Shown one piece after another: positions 25,780-38,260 of a stretch of 64,000 nucleotides of DNA (the stretch's first letter is position 1; every line of letters begins with the position of its first letter). This stretch comes from Vicugna vicugna (Eukaryota): positions 5,335,684 to 5,399,683 of the forward strand of contig MU061814.1 in the NCBI GenBank assembly GCA_013265495.1, read 5' to 3'. A model generated the notes under the pieces. It searched no databases and was not told where the DNA came from. It saw only the letters and a list, made by a program, of their open reading frames with translations. The position numbers and the translations under genes are program-made.

Positions 25780-27269
25780 TCACGCCACTTCCAACCTCCT
25801 GAAGTTCGGAGAGTCTTGGGGTTATCTGGGAATATTTAAACTGTAAACCTTTTTCACACTCTTGCACACAGAAAGTCCTGTTTAGGGATTATTAAGCTGC
25901 AACTGCCCAGCGCGGGCTGCGGGGCGTGTTGTCTGGAGTGTAATGTCCCAGTTGTTCGGCAGGACCACAGACCTCCAGCTCCCAAGGGTCAGGAGGGAGG
26001 GCCGGTGCATCTGGGCCATGTCACTTGGGAGCCCCGCACGTCGAGCCATCCAGGACATGCTGGTCTGGAGCCAAAGACTCGCTCATCTGTGAACCGGTCA
26101 GCTTCGGGCCCTGTGCCTGACAGGATGTGCACCGTCGGAAGCGCCTGTCGAGGGTCACTATTTATTGCCCGGGGATGAGGCAGAAGCCGTTGCATCCGTG
26201 CTGACCCCGTCTCCTGATCTTGGCCCCGAGCCGCTCCCGTCACTACCGGTCCCTCCCAGGAACCCCTAAAAGGAAGATGCACAAGTTGGGGCAGAAGTCC
26301 TTCCCTCCCAGGGACCCTCTTGGACATACAGTCCAGAGACAGCTCCCCCGAAGACTGTCCACAGTGCGGGAAGCCCGTCACATCACCCCTTCGCTTTCCC
26401 CACCCCAGTGATGGGCGGGGGGGAGGCAGGTCCAAGGCTCAGCAAAGCGCTCTCTCCGGTGGCCTCCGTGTCTGCCCGTCTCCCCATCACAGCAGGTCAG
26501 GAGCACGGGCACCACCGGCCAGGGCAGGAGGTAGAATGGAGAGGCCCGTGAGCCTGGGTCAAGCAGCTGAGTCATGGCAGGTCCCGTGCTGACGTCTGCG
26601 GTGTTGCCCACGTGGACTCTGCAGGAGGTGGGAGGGAGAGCGGCCAGCCCTGAGGCCCTTCTGTCCGCAGAGGCTGGCAGTATGCCTGGGTCCCCAGTTC
26701 TGCCCAGCCCCAAGGCCCATTTTGCCAAGGTGGACCTGAGCCACACCCGGGGAGATATCTGCTCTGCCCGAGGCTGGACGGTGTTTGAGGGCCTGGAAGG
26801 GGCAGGTCTCCTGGGGGCTCTGAGGACAGCAGGCTCTTCACACCCTCAGAGACCCGGAAGATTGGGAGGAAACACCAGCCAGCCACAGCGAGCTGCCGAA
26901 ACAGTCAGGCACCCCAGCCGAGGGAAGATTTCTAAACAGCAAGGCGCCTCCGAGGCCCCCACCCTGTCACACTCGCCTGCAGACTCGACGCGGATAATTG
27001 CAGGGCACTTAGACAAGGGTAACACCCGTTAGACTTCCTGCAGTTCATTTGCCTGACAGCTTGTTTAAGAGACTCCCGTTTAATGTATTAAAAATACCTA
27101 CGTTTGTGTCAGATCTGGAGATCGGCTGGAAGCCGCCCAGAAAGCTTCCCGTTAAAACCCCCAGGAGCAGGTGCTCGTGTTTGGAAAAGCTCTAACCCCA
27201 AACACCTCTTGTACTTCTGTTTGTCACAAAGGCCATGGGTCTCGTGAACAGATGAATCCTGGGGTCATG

Positions 27270-27660
27270 GCAACAGAGGACCACAGACCAGGCCACTCAA
27301 AATGACAGAAATCTATTCTCTCTCAGCTCTGGAGGCCAGACTGCAAAGGCAGGATGTGAGCAGGGCCAGGCTCTCTCTGGAGGCACGGGGGACAGTGCTT
27401 CCTGCCTCTTCCAGCTTATGGGGCCCCAGGCATCTCTGTCTGGTGGCCACCTGCCTCCCTCCTCTGCCTCTGTTGTCACATGGCTTCTCCCCTCTTTGGG
27501 TCTTCCTAAGGGCACTGTCATTGGATGCGGGGCCACCCCAGTCCAGGACGGCCTCGTCTTAAGAGCCTTAACTGCATCCACAGAGACCCTTTTTCCAAAT
27601 AAGGTCATGTTCACAGGTTCTGAGGGTTAGTCTGGACGTATCTCTTGGGGACCTCCAGCA
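27270..27660 (-). mobile_element. MLT1 (ERVL-MaLR) LTR
   Basis: ACAGAAATCTATTCTCTCTCAGCTCTGGAGGCCAG...CCCTTTTTCCAAATAAGGTCATGTTCACAGGTTC. Confidence 0.85.
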
Positions 27661-30600
27661 ACCCCGGTAGTCCATGCTGCAAGGGACCAGGGCCGGCTCT
27701 CCCCGACAGAAGGCTGCCCCTGGCGAGCTGCCTGCCTGGGCCGTCTCGCCCCGGGCACAGACACTGAGCTCTCTCCTGAGCACTAGCCGGTTCCCCGGTT
27801 CCAGGCAGGAGCCAGCGCGGGGGCCCCTGGAAATGCTGGAGGAGGAGCAGAAAGGGGCCGGATGCAGACCTCGCAGCCTCCAGCGAGACTGCACGGGACA
27901 GCCTCAGGGCCGGCCAAGACGAGGCCTTCCATGTCCTCAGTCCAGGAAACGCCCCTGAACCTGCTGCCAGGATGCGGCCCGGGTAGGGGTGGGGCTGGGG
28001 GAGGAAGGGGGACGCGGCCAGGCAGGCTGAGGAGCCCCTTTCCCACATAATCCCACTTGACCCTGTGGTGACCCTGTGAGGCAGGAACAATGAGCCCATC
28101 TTTGCGCCGAGGCGCAGAGGGGCTGGTGTTAGGCGGCAGCTTTCTGTCCCCTCTCCTAGATCCCCTCCGCCCTCTCTGTCCTGCCGGAGACGCCGAGCCC
28201 AGCTGTCCACGTTGCTGGCCCTGCCCCAGCCAGGCGAAGCCCATGGGAGGCGCCGGAGGGGCAGAGGGCGGGGGTGAACTCGGGGCCCGTGCTGCCCCGT
28301 CTCGGCCCTGCTGCGCGGCGGGCGCCGTCGCCCTGCACGGCCGTGGGTTTCATCCCTGCAGCTCCCTCTGCCCCTCGGGCTCCCCAGGGTGACCCTCAGA
28401 ATCCTGCCTCGCCCTGGCCAGCTGTCCCCTGGCCCACACCTGGTCAGGCTGTCCCTTGGCTGGAAGCTCTCCAGTTGCCTGTGGGAGTGTGCTGGCTGGT
28501 TCCTGCTGGCTGGTTCCTGCTGGGTCCTGCCCAGCGCTGTGATGAGCCAAAGTTGAGCTCAGGTGGATGTGCTGACCACACATGAGCCCCCTGTAGGGGG
28601 ACAGGTGCCTGTGACAGTCAAGGGGGGTGAGAGGGGGGAGCAGCTGCGGCAGGGATGGTGTGGCGAGGTCTGTGGCTCCCGGGGCCATGTTTTCTACTCC
28701 CAGCCAGAAACCTTGAGCACACCCGTGGGGTCTCTGAGCCACGAAGGTGGCCCCTAGTGCCCCGGGAAGGCCGAGGGGACTCGTGTGCAGAACAGGCCTG
28801 GACTTCCTCCTGGGACCCGGCAGCTGAGATGGCTCTGATCTGAGTGGCTGGTGTGGATGCGGGACCCTGGTCAAGAGGCTGCACTGGCCGCAGGATGGGC
28901 CGGGAAGGGGGTGACGGGCAGGGAGGCTGGGCTGCAGGCAATTCCCAGGCGCATGGGTGCCCTGGCCCCTGACTGGAGCTCCTTGGCCCAGGCGCAGGAG
29001 GGCTCCTGGTGGCTCTGCCTTAAGACCCCAAATCCCTGCTCCGTCTGCCAGAACCCTGGTGGTTCCGGAAAGAACCAGGCGCTCCCCTCCCTGTCCTGCC
29101 CCCAGACAGGGGCCCAGAGGAGCTGCTGGGCAGCCGCCCAGGGGCTGGGGTCACCGGCAGCCTCGTGGCAGCCCAACGGGGAGCGTCTGGTTGACATTTA
29201 AAGCATTTAGAGCCGACCCCTGCCCTGCCTGGGCCGGCTTCTGCTGAGTTTTAATGGAATCCTTCCCTGACCTTTTTAACTAATTCACAAAACAGATGGG
29301 GCACCCCTGGGTCGACTCCCCGACATTCTTCCAGATGCTGTGAGCTGGGGTCATGGTGCAGGAACCACAGGTAAAACCCAAGCACCTTTGTGCCAGGAAT
29401 CAGACAGAAGCGGATCTCCAGGGAGGCCTGGTCTCCAGGAGCGGCCACTCAGGCCACAGCTGCCTGGGAACTTCCACTTCTACTGCCAATAAATTAAACT
29501 TATTTTCGTTCCTGCTGCTCTGGACAAACAGCCACTGTCAGAGAGTGGAGCCCAGGAGGGCGGGCTGTTCAGGAAGGAAACCACAGGGGTGCCGGAATTC
29601 GGCAGGCCCCAGGTGCCCCCTTTCTCCACACTCTGTGGCCCTCCCGTGAGATGCAGCCGGCAGCCCCCACCGCTGCACGGGGGCCTGGGGGGACCCCTGA
29701 CGGTCCCCTGAGGTGCTGGCTTTTAGAGCAAAGGGGAACACTGTACGAACGTTGAGGAGTTTGTTTACTGATTCGGGGCTCAAGTGGGGCTGTCTCCACA
29801 AATAAGGGGGGACCACCTACAGTGCAAAGCCGGATGTCTGCTCGTCCCTTAACCACTGAATGAGGTGACAGACGCTGGAACCTAACTACTCCCAACCCCG
29901 TATGATGCTCGTGACCCGCATGCATCCCTGCCAGGGCTCAAGGGCCACGCCATCAGCTCTGGGATTGCTTTGAAGGCCAGATGCTGTGTCCAGTCGGGAG
30001 GCTGGGTCCATCAGCGGGGCTGGAGGCGTGGGCTCCAGTTCGTCAGGAGTACCTGGTAGTGAGGAGAGGATTTTGGTGTCACCTGTGTTCATTGGTCCCA
30101 AAGGCTCCAGGTGCTCCTGGAGTCCTGGAGAGACCATTGAGTTCAATGGGGAAACATTATTTCATGAAGCCAGGTCAGGTCACGTTGGTCCCCTCCCAGG
30201 AGTCGTGCAGGCCCCGTCAGCCCATGGTCAGGTGCAGGGCCTCCGTGTACACACACTGCCCCACAGACTTGTCACCGTGGGCAACCGTGCATGTTGTGGA
30301 CCCTCTCTGCAGCTGAAACCAGGGCTAGGAGAGAGGGGGACCCTGGGGAGTCCCAGCCAGGCATTTGCTGGGAACAGGTGAGTCCACGTGCTGGAGCGCA
30401 GTGAGGCACAAACAGCTTGCCTCTGCCCCCGAAAATAAACAAGGCTGTCACTGCCTGGAACCGCGGCTTCCTTCCCTGTGACCGGGCCCGTCCAGCAGGC
30501 TGGGTTGGAGCCAGCTTCTGCGCTAAGCAGGGCTGCCACACTCAGCAGAAGCGGCTCTGATGAGCATCCCTGAGGCTGGCCACTGAGCAGTGGCCTGGAG

Positions 30601-31429
30601 CCCCGGCTGGCAGCGGAGCGACTGTGGCAGGCAGCACAGACGGGGCAGCTGGACGTGGGTTTCCTCAAGGACATGTGTCCAGGGTGGCTGGAGGGAGCAC
30701 CTCGGGTGGGAAGAAGTGGACCTTGGACCAGTGGTCATCTCTGGCTGAAAGCTTTTATGGAAAATGGCTCCTGGACCTCGGGAATCCAGGCCAACCGCCC
30801 AGGGCAGACCCCAGTCTGCAGGAGCTTCCAGAGGGCCAGCGGGGAGCTGAGGCACTGCCCCAGGGTGGGCAGGCATGGGTGCCCAAAAGCTGTCCCGAGG
30901 TACCGCTCAGTGCACCTGAGTGCTTCCCAGGAGTCTGAGGGGAGAGGCTCCTGGGCAAGGGCCAGCAGAGCGGGCCACGGGACAGAACAGCTGTGTCCTG
31001 GGCGGGACCAACCCAGCTCCCAGCTTCCTGCGTGGCTCACCTCGTGTCACAGCAGACAGTGCCAGGCGCAGCACGGCCTCAGATTGCCCAAAGCCCACGG
31101 TGACGTGGGGCCAAAATAGGGCCAATCCGACTCCTGGCATCCCTGCCAGGGCCCCCTGTGAGGACAAGGAGGAGCGACATAGCCTTACGAGCAGCGTCAG
31201 GCTTCCTGAAGCAGCGAAGGCTTCCTGGAGGAGGGGCTGAGAGGCTTTTCAGTCCGGGGGAGGGGCTGGTTTGCTCTCCCCCAGGCTCTCCAAGCACCTG
31301 AGCTTTGATCCTATAGGAGGGAGGCCTGGGCTTCTTGGCTTTGATGCTCTCACCTCCCCGCCATGACCACAGTCCCCTCCTGCTCCGTTGGGGCCCAGGG
31401 TTGCCTCCTCCATGAAGCCCTCCATCCCG

Positions 31430-32170
31430 CAACCTCACGGCTCCCACGCAGGTATTTCCTCCCAGCCTGTCGCTTCTCATTCTCTTGGCAGTGCCTTTGC
31501 AGAGCAGAAGCTCTAATTCTGATCAAGCCAACTCATCTGCTTTTTTTCTTTTATGGAAGATCCAAAAACTCGTCACCAAACTCAGGGGCATCTGGATTTT
31601 TCTCGTGTGTTATTATGTAGAAGTTTCCGGCCATTCTGAGTTAATTTTTTTAAGATTTAAGCCCCAGCTGTTCCCGCACCGTTTGTTGAAAGGCTGTCCT
31701 CTCTGCGCTGAGCCGCTGTGCGCCTCCGCCAAAGGCCGGCGGCTGTGCGCGCAAGGGCCTGGTCCTGCGCTCCCGGTCTGCTCCGCCCGCCTGTCGCCGC
31801 CTCCTTCGCCATCACGCGCTGGACTGCGCGCTACGGCGCCGTAGGTCCTGGCGTCGGCTGGCGGTCCTCCAGCTCCCTTCACCCTCAGGGCTGTGTTGGC
31901 CATTCTGGTCTTCGGCCTCCTCTCCGTGTAAATCTTAGAATCAGCTTGTCGGTATCTGCGAAGTAGCTTGTGGCGATTTTGACTGCGAGCGAGTTGAACC
32001 TGTAAGTGAACTTGAAGAGAATGAAGTCATAGCGACATCGAGTCTCCCGGCCCAGGAGCGCGGGCTCCCTCTCCGCTCGCTCGCCCTTTTATTTTTCCGC
32101 TAGAGCTGTGTGGCCTGCCCCCTGTGCACCCTGTGTGTTCTTTGTTAGAGTTACACCTGAAGGACTTCAT
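31430..32170 (-). mobile_element. LINE-1 ORF2 fragment, strongly GC/CpG-shifted
   Basis: Anchors CCGTTTGTTGAAAGGCTGTCC, TAAATCTTAGAATCAGCTTGTC and TCTTTGTTAGAGTTACACCTGAAG are colinear with antisense L1 ORF2 consensus. Confidence 0.8.
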
Positions 32171-34769
32171 CTGTGCTGCTGGCTGCACGTGGGGCCGGGC
32201 AGGGCGGCCGGATGCATGCTCCCCCCTGCACTTGCTTTGCCTCGCTTCCTGTCGGGGCCGGGTGCGCGGACGTCTGGAGGACAGGGGAAGACCCTGTGTC
32301 GGGATTTGGAAGTAAAGGCCGTGGCCCCCGGCTCTTCACGCCGAAAATTTCCAAACTTCCTTCTTCGACTGGCGTTAGCAGTTAGACCGTTTAAACAGGA
32401 AGTCTGCCTGGGGCCCATCACGGGGCGGGTCACGCAAGGGCCGGCCAGGCCATTCAGCTGCCACAGAACTCCAGACGCCCCTCCCGGTGTGGACCCCAGG
32501 CTCCCTCCGATGGTCCAGCTCACAGACAGGCCACCGAGGCCCTCCGTCAGTGCCCGGGGCCCGTGGGGAGAGCTCCCGGTGCCCCCGCTCCGTGTCGGGT
32601 GATGGGCAGGTGGCGGGTGTGTGTGAGGTGTCCCAGGGGCCCGGGGCCTCGTCCTGCTCCCACGGCCCGGCCGAGGCCAAGGAAGCCCTCGGTCTGGGTC
32701 CGAGCCGCACGCAGCCACCTTTGGCTCAGGAGGAGTAGGGCAATCAGACAGGACGTGGGCGGCCCTGCTCCTCCCCGTCCCCGCTCCGCCGGAGTTCTCC
32801 AGCAGCTTCTCCCCTCCTCCCCGCCCGCCCGCTGGGATCACGGGGGTGGGGGCGGGGTGGCGGCCGGGGTCCCTGGCTGCTGACGTCTGGGCTCGTGGGC
32901 GTCTGCTGGCCCTGCCAGGTCCCTGAAAGAGACGTGGTGGCCCAGCCGGGCTGTGTCCCGGGAGCCGTGGAAAGGACAGCCTGCAGGGGAGTCACGTGCT
33001 GTGAGTATTCATGCCAGCATGTGACTTGCAAATCCCAAGTCATTTAAATGTCATCAACAGTGTGTGGATGTCTTTTCGGGATAAGATCTGTCAGAGAAAA
33101 TGAATCTTGATTACCAGTCACAACAGGGAAACAGCCCCCACGTCCTGGTCCGCATCCCTGTCCTCGCAAGGCGGCCGCCTGGAGGCACATCGTGTGACCA
33201 TCCTTCAAAGGCTCAGCTTGGGGGGCGGGGGCTGGAAATTAGTGCTGATCTGCAGAGGGTAAGCTGTGAGTTCCCGCAGGAGCCGTGGGCTCACACGCTT
33301 GCCCACACTCCTCCCCGCGGGCTGTGAGCACCCTGTGGGGGCAGTGGTATCTCTCGGGCAGGGACACTCCAGGCTCCCCGCGTAGGGCCAGCCAGCGTCC
33401 ACTCCAGTGCCCCAGGCTGGGAAGAGAAGTCCTAGAGCACGTGGCTGCTGCTGACCGGCCCAGAGCCTCTGCCCGGTGATGCGGGCGCTGGGGGAGGCTT
33501 GGGGAGGGCTCAGCGTGGTGGTCTAGCCTTTGAGACAGAGGGGCACGCCACCCTCCAATGGCCGCTCTTGATCTGGGGATCTCAGCTGATGAGGGAGAAG
33601 GTTCTGGGCTGGGTGAGCAGGCCTCACACGCTGGGCTAGTACCGAAGACGTAATTGCTGTGTGGGCCGAGTGACGCGTGGTGACAGCCCAGACGTGCTTG
33701 CCCATGTCCCTAAGGACAGTGTTGAGAGCCAGCTCTGACCCCCACAGCCACCTTCTGGGCTGGGGACCCTCCACCGTCCCCGTTTGTGGGTGAGAAGACA
33801 GGTTCGGGTGGGGAGGCCACCAGCTCAGCACGCCCCTCCTGGCAGCCATGGGACCCTGTCCACCTCTTGTCCTGGCTGCCCCCACCCATCCTGGCATCTC
33901 GTCCTCGGGGCTTAGCTGCTTGGGGTGACTGGTTCACTTCTGAGTCCTGGCAGGTGACAGAGCAAGAGAGGAGGGGGCCTTCCCTGGAGCCTTCCCTGCA
34001 GGGCAGCGGATCTGTTCACTCACATCTCGGTGCACCAGCATGCTTCGCGGGGATGCCGAGAAGGGGAAGGTCTGCTTCCGGAAGCTGTGACCCCAAGCGC
34101 AGGCTGCCCGGGGGCCCTGGCACTCCTGCGGCGTTCTCGGAGGGGCCTCCTGCATTAATCAGCCCAGCTGTTCTCGCAGCTTGTTTTATTAGGAAAGACC
34201 CCTCCTTGACCTCGTGCAGATTCTCATGCACCCTGTCTGGGCGACGACCTGGGGGCCCGGGGGCTGCTGACCCCTGCTGACCAGAGTGGCCACCAGGGAG
34301 CCAGCCCGATGCCTCCACGCGGGCTGTGGGATGGACGCCACCTGGAAACCATTCTGCAGGGCTTCTCCTTAGAACTCCGGCTGCCCTGTGCGTGCGGGGA
34401 CCGGGCCGAATCCACGGGATCTTGAACCACGCACCTGTGATTCAAGAGTGCTTGTAGGAAGGGACGCAGGCCCAGTCTCTCCTGAATGCTTTTTATACTG
34501 GCTGCATGTTGGAGCGACAATATTTTGCACAGATTGAGCTCAACAAAATACATTAATGATGTTATGTTCACCTGTTTCTGCTGTTCTCCGGTGGCTAGAA
34601 GAGTTTCTCTCACCACTGGCGCAAACTGCACCGCCTCCGGGGAGGCTGGGCCTGTCTGTGCGCGCAGTTCTTTTGTGCATTGGGGCCGTTCTCCAGTGCC
34701 CCCCGAGTTTTCCCCCAGGTTGGGGGCCCCTATACTGGGACAGCTCATCTGTCGGTTTGCCAGCTGTTC

Positions 34770-35040
34770 TGGACGGAAATGTGCCCCCCATTTATGTGTT
34801 GAACACCCCCGAGGTGACGGTATTAAGAGGTGGGGCCTTTGTGGGGGGTTGGGTCAGGAGGGTGGACCCGCTTTGGGATTAGTCCTCTTGTAGGAAGAGG
34901 CCAGAGGGCCCCGCAGCCTCTTTCAGCTGCGTGAGGACAGAGGCGGCCTCAGCAGAGCCCATCCACGCCTGGCCCGCCGACCCTCAGCGTCCAGAGCTGT
35001 GAGAAACAGGTGCTACCGTTTACCCGCCGCTCAGTCCACT
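34770..35040 (+). mobile_element. MLT1 (ERVL-MaLR) LTR fragment
   Basis: GTGACGGTATTAAGAGGTGGGGCCTTTG...GGGATTAGTCCTCTTGTA...CCAGAGCTGTGAGAAA. Confidence 0.8.
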
Positions 35041-35899
35041 CAGCTGGATGTCCCTTCACTCGCTCATTCACACAGTCAGCATGTGAGTGAGTGGGGGGCA
35101 CCAGGCTCTGCTCCCAGGCAGCCCATGGGGTGAGGGGTGGTGGCTGGGGACAGCAACCAAGAGACAAACACACCATCACGTGTGCCAGCGGAAGGGAACC
35201 CAGGACCGGGAGCTCTCCCTCCGGCCTCACCGGCTGCGCTGGGCCCCCGGGGGTGGGGGGCAGAGGGCAGCACGGCTCTAGGGGGGAGGGGGAGGGGAGG
35301 AGGGCGGCCTGCCCCCATGAGGTGCACCTGGCGCCCAGACTGGCCCCATTCACAGTTATGCAAATCACCGTCACTGCCATTACGGGGGCGGGGCCGTTGG
35401 AAGCCGGGTGGCGGGAGGGGACCGGCGCCTCCTTGGCTCCGCGCAGGCTGCTCATGGTTCAGCGGGATCCCACTTCTGCAGCGAAAGCCCGGCGTCGGCG
35501 GCTCCACACACTCCGGGTCTAACAAATGAACACATTACGTCTTTGTGACAAACACAGTGTCAGGAGGGAGATTAAGTTCCTTTCGTGGGTGGAAAAATGA
35601 TGCAGAGGAAGTGGCCCAGGACCAGATGCCCGCTGCAGGGAACGGCCCCCTCCCTCCTTTATGCCGGATGGTGGCCACCAGTCCAGGTGCCTCCCCAGGT
35701 GGGCGGCCACTCTGCCCATGGCTCCCTGGGGGCGGATAACCCCCAGGAGCTGTCTCCGTTCCCCAACTCCTGCCCTGGATGCTCTGGACAACCAAGCTGG
35801 GGGCATCTCACAGCCCTGGGAGGGAAGTCCAAGATCCAGGCACCAGCAATGACCGTGTCCTCACGTGCCTTGGGGGGTGGGGCAGGCTCTCCCTGGGGC

Positions 35900-36020
35900 C
35901 TCTGATCCCATCCTGAGACCCCACCCTCAAGACCTGATCACCTCCCAGAGGCCCCACCTCCTAACACCTCGTCTTGCCGTTAGGATTCGACACGTGACTT
36001 TGGGGACACACATTCCGTGC
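35900..36020 (-). mobile_element. MLT/MST (ERVL-MaLR) LTR fragment
   Basis: GATCACCTCCCAGAGGCCCCACCTCCTAACACC...TTAGGATTCGACACGTGACTTTGGGGACAC. Confidence 0.75.
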
Positions 36021-36607
36021 AGGAGAGTCGCCCCCTCTGTGTAATGTGAGGCAAGTCCCCCTCCTCAGGGGGAGTGAGGGTAAAAGAAGTGACATGAGGT
36101 AAATGCATGGTGACAGGGAGCTTCGCCCGGAGCCGGCGAGCCTGTGAGGCTGGGGGGGCGGGGGGCTGGGAGCCCAGTTGATCTCTGTTTCTGGTTCGGA
36201 GCTTTTTTCAGAGGGGTCTGGTCTGAACGCCAAATTTGCGCTGTGTTCAACCACGCTTCCTTCAGAGTCTAACTTTCCAGGCTGTAACTGTCGTCTGAGC
36301 CTGCTAACGTTCATCCCAGCACAGAGACCAGTGCGTAGTGGCCACGAAGCCTGGGTGTCAGCTGAGGGGCAGTTGTGCAGAAGCACGACCCTCGGTGGCA
36401 GCAGACCCATCAGGAGGCGTGGGGTCTGCTCTGAATCTGGGGTGTGGCAGCGGGACAGCCCAGATCCCAGCAGCCTCCTCACTGGCCACTTTGTGGGAGG
36501 CTGAGGCCCCCAGGCCTCTCTCCACCGTGAGGCCCTTCCCTCGTTCAAGTGACCGCCCGGGTTCTCTGTGAGCCAAGAGCAAACGGACGGGACCCGGCGC
36601 CAAGCGC

Positions 36608-36695
36608 GTGCACACGTGGCCAGGCGCGCTCACACACAAACACACACAGCCCCTCGGACACACGCACACAGAGACACACAAACACACGCGCACAG
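36608..36695. repeat. Imperfect (CA)n-rich tract
   Basis: CACACACAAACACACACAG...CACGCACACAGAGACACACAAACACACGCGCACAG. Confidence 0.7.
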
Positions 36696-37351
36696 TAAGC
36701 CAGCCGCAGCACGGCCGACGTCTGGGGGCTCGAGGGAGGGCCCCCAGACACGTCAAGCCGCAGGCCCCGTGAAGGACGCCAGGCCCCGCCGGCACCTGGG
36801 CTCGGCTGCCCAGGGCCCACTTGCGTTTGACGTCACACCCGCCTGAGTCTGAGCCAGCGGCGCAGAGCAGCTCTTCTCTTTTCAGGTGCAACCGCACGCT
36901 GCTGGTTCTTCAAGGAGTTAGACTCACAGGTCAGACTCTCTGATGGGACTCTCTTTACAGGAAGTAAGAAATAACACCGCCCGGCCCCTCCCCCTGCTCC
37001 GTACCCTGCTCTGCCGTCTGGGGGGGGGGTGGGCCACCAAAGTGGTGCCCAGCTGCCTTTATGACACCAGTTCCCCCCCCCACAGCCAGCCACAGCAAAC
37101 TGCCCCTAGAACCAGAGTCTATAAAGAGGTGAAGAAAAGCAGTCCCCAAGTTCCAGGGGCAGGATAGCCCAGCCAGCCACACAGACCACCCCTCCCCGCC
37201 ACCCCCACTGTGCCCTCCTGCCCCCTCAGGGCTTCTTGTCAGTGCTTGCAGTGGGGGGGTGTATTTTATTTAAGCAAGAGGTGTTCCCCTCCAAAAAGAA
37301 AATGTAATAGTGGGGCAGTTAAATTAAAAAATACAGTGCTCCATAAGACAG

Positions 37352-37700
37352 TGTATCAGCTAGACTCTGCCACATAACAGAACAGCCCCAAACTAACTGG
37401 CTTAAAACAACAGCTATTTATTTGCTCGTGATCCATTGGATTGCAACTTGGGCTGGCTCAGCCAGTCTCAGCTGGAGTCACTCATGTGGCTTTGGTCATC
37501 CTGTGGCTTCACCGGTCCTGGATGGGTCTGAGATGGCCTCATTCACCTGTGTGGAGGGTGGGGCTGGGCCTCTCTCTCCAGGCTAATCAAGGTTTCCTCA
37601 CGTTGGGGCAGCCACATCCGAGAGTGAGGGCAGCAGGGCTGGGGCCTGGCCTGGGAGGCACACATCGACTCTTCCACTGCGTTTCACCGGTCAGAGCCAG
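37352..37700 (-). mobile_element. MLT1 (ERVL-MaLR) LTR
   Basis: CATAACAGAACAGCCCCAAAACTAACTGGCTTAAAACAACAGCTATTTATTTGCTC...GAGATGGCCTCATTCAC. Confidence 0.8.
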
Positions 37701-38260
37701 CCCGGGCGGTGGGGGGGGGGGCAGGCCCCACCGCTTTTTGAGAGGAGCAGCCGAGTCTTGTTCAGGAGAGTTCTGGAAGGAGTTGCACCGCAATCTGGGA
37801 TGTCTGGGGTTAGCACCTCGGCCCTCAGATTACGCCGCACAGCTCCGGGGCTCTCCATGCTGATTAGACAGGCTCAGCCCCTGGGAGGTCCTGGTGACTG
37901 CGGGTCATCACGGTTCTGTCCGAGGGCAAGCATGCCACTTAGTGGCATGTGGTGGCCGGTGGTAGCTGAGCCAGGGACAGAGCAGGCACAAGGGGCCAGA
38001 GCCTAGCGCGGTCTCCGGGGAAAGCGGCCACATCGATCAGATGTCTCCCGGCCCAAGGGGTGACCTGGAAGCTGCTTTTCCCATCACAGGAAAGCTCCAT
38101 CCCCGCTCAGTCCGCGGCAGCGCTGTGGGCCTCACCCTGGAGCCTCTGCGTTGCTGAGAACTTGTCTCCTTGTTGCTGAGTTTGCGGGGAGGACGGCAGA
38201 CGGGCCAGAAGAACCAGAGACCTCCCGGCACCGACCGAGACACCACCAACCACTGGAGCC

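Noticed and set aside
31831-31844. 14-bp palindrome CTACGGCGCCGTAG
   Set aside because: A few palindromes of this length are expected by chance in 64 kb.
34287-34303. CTCF-like motif TGGCCACCAGGGAGCCA
   Set aside because: Mismatch in the GGC core. Near-matches are frequent in GC-rich DNA, so it is unsupported without ChIP data.
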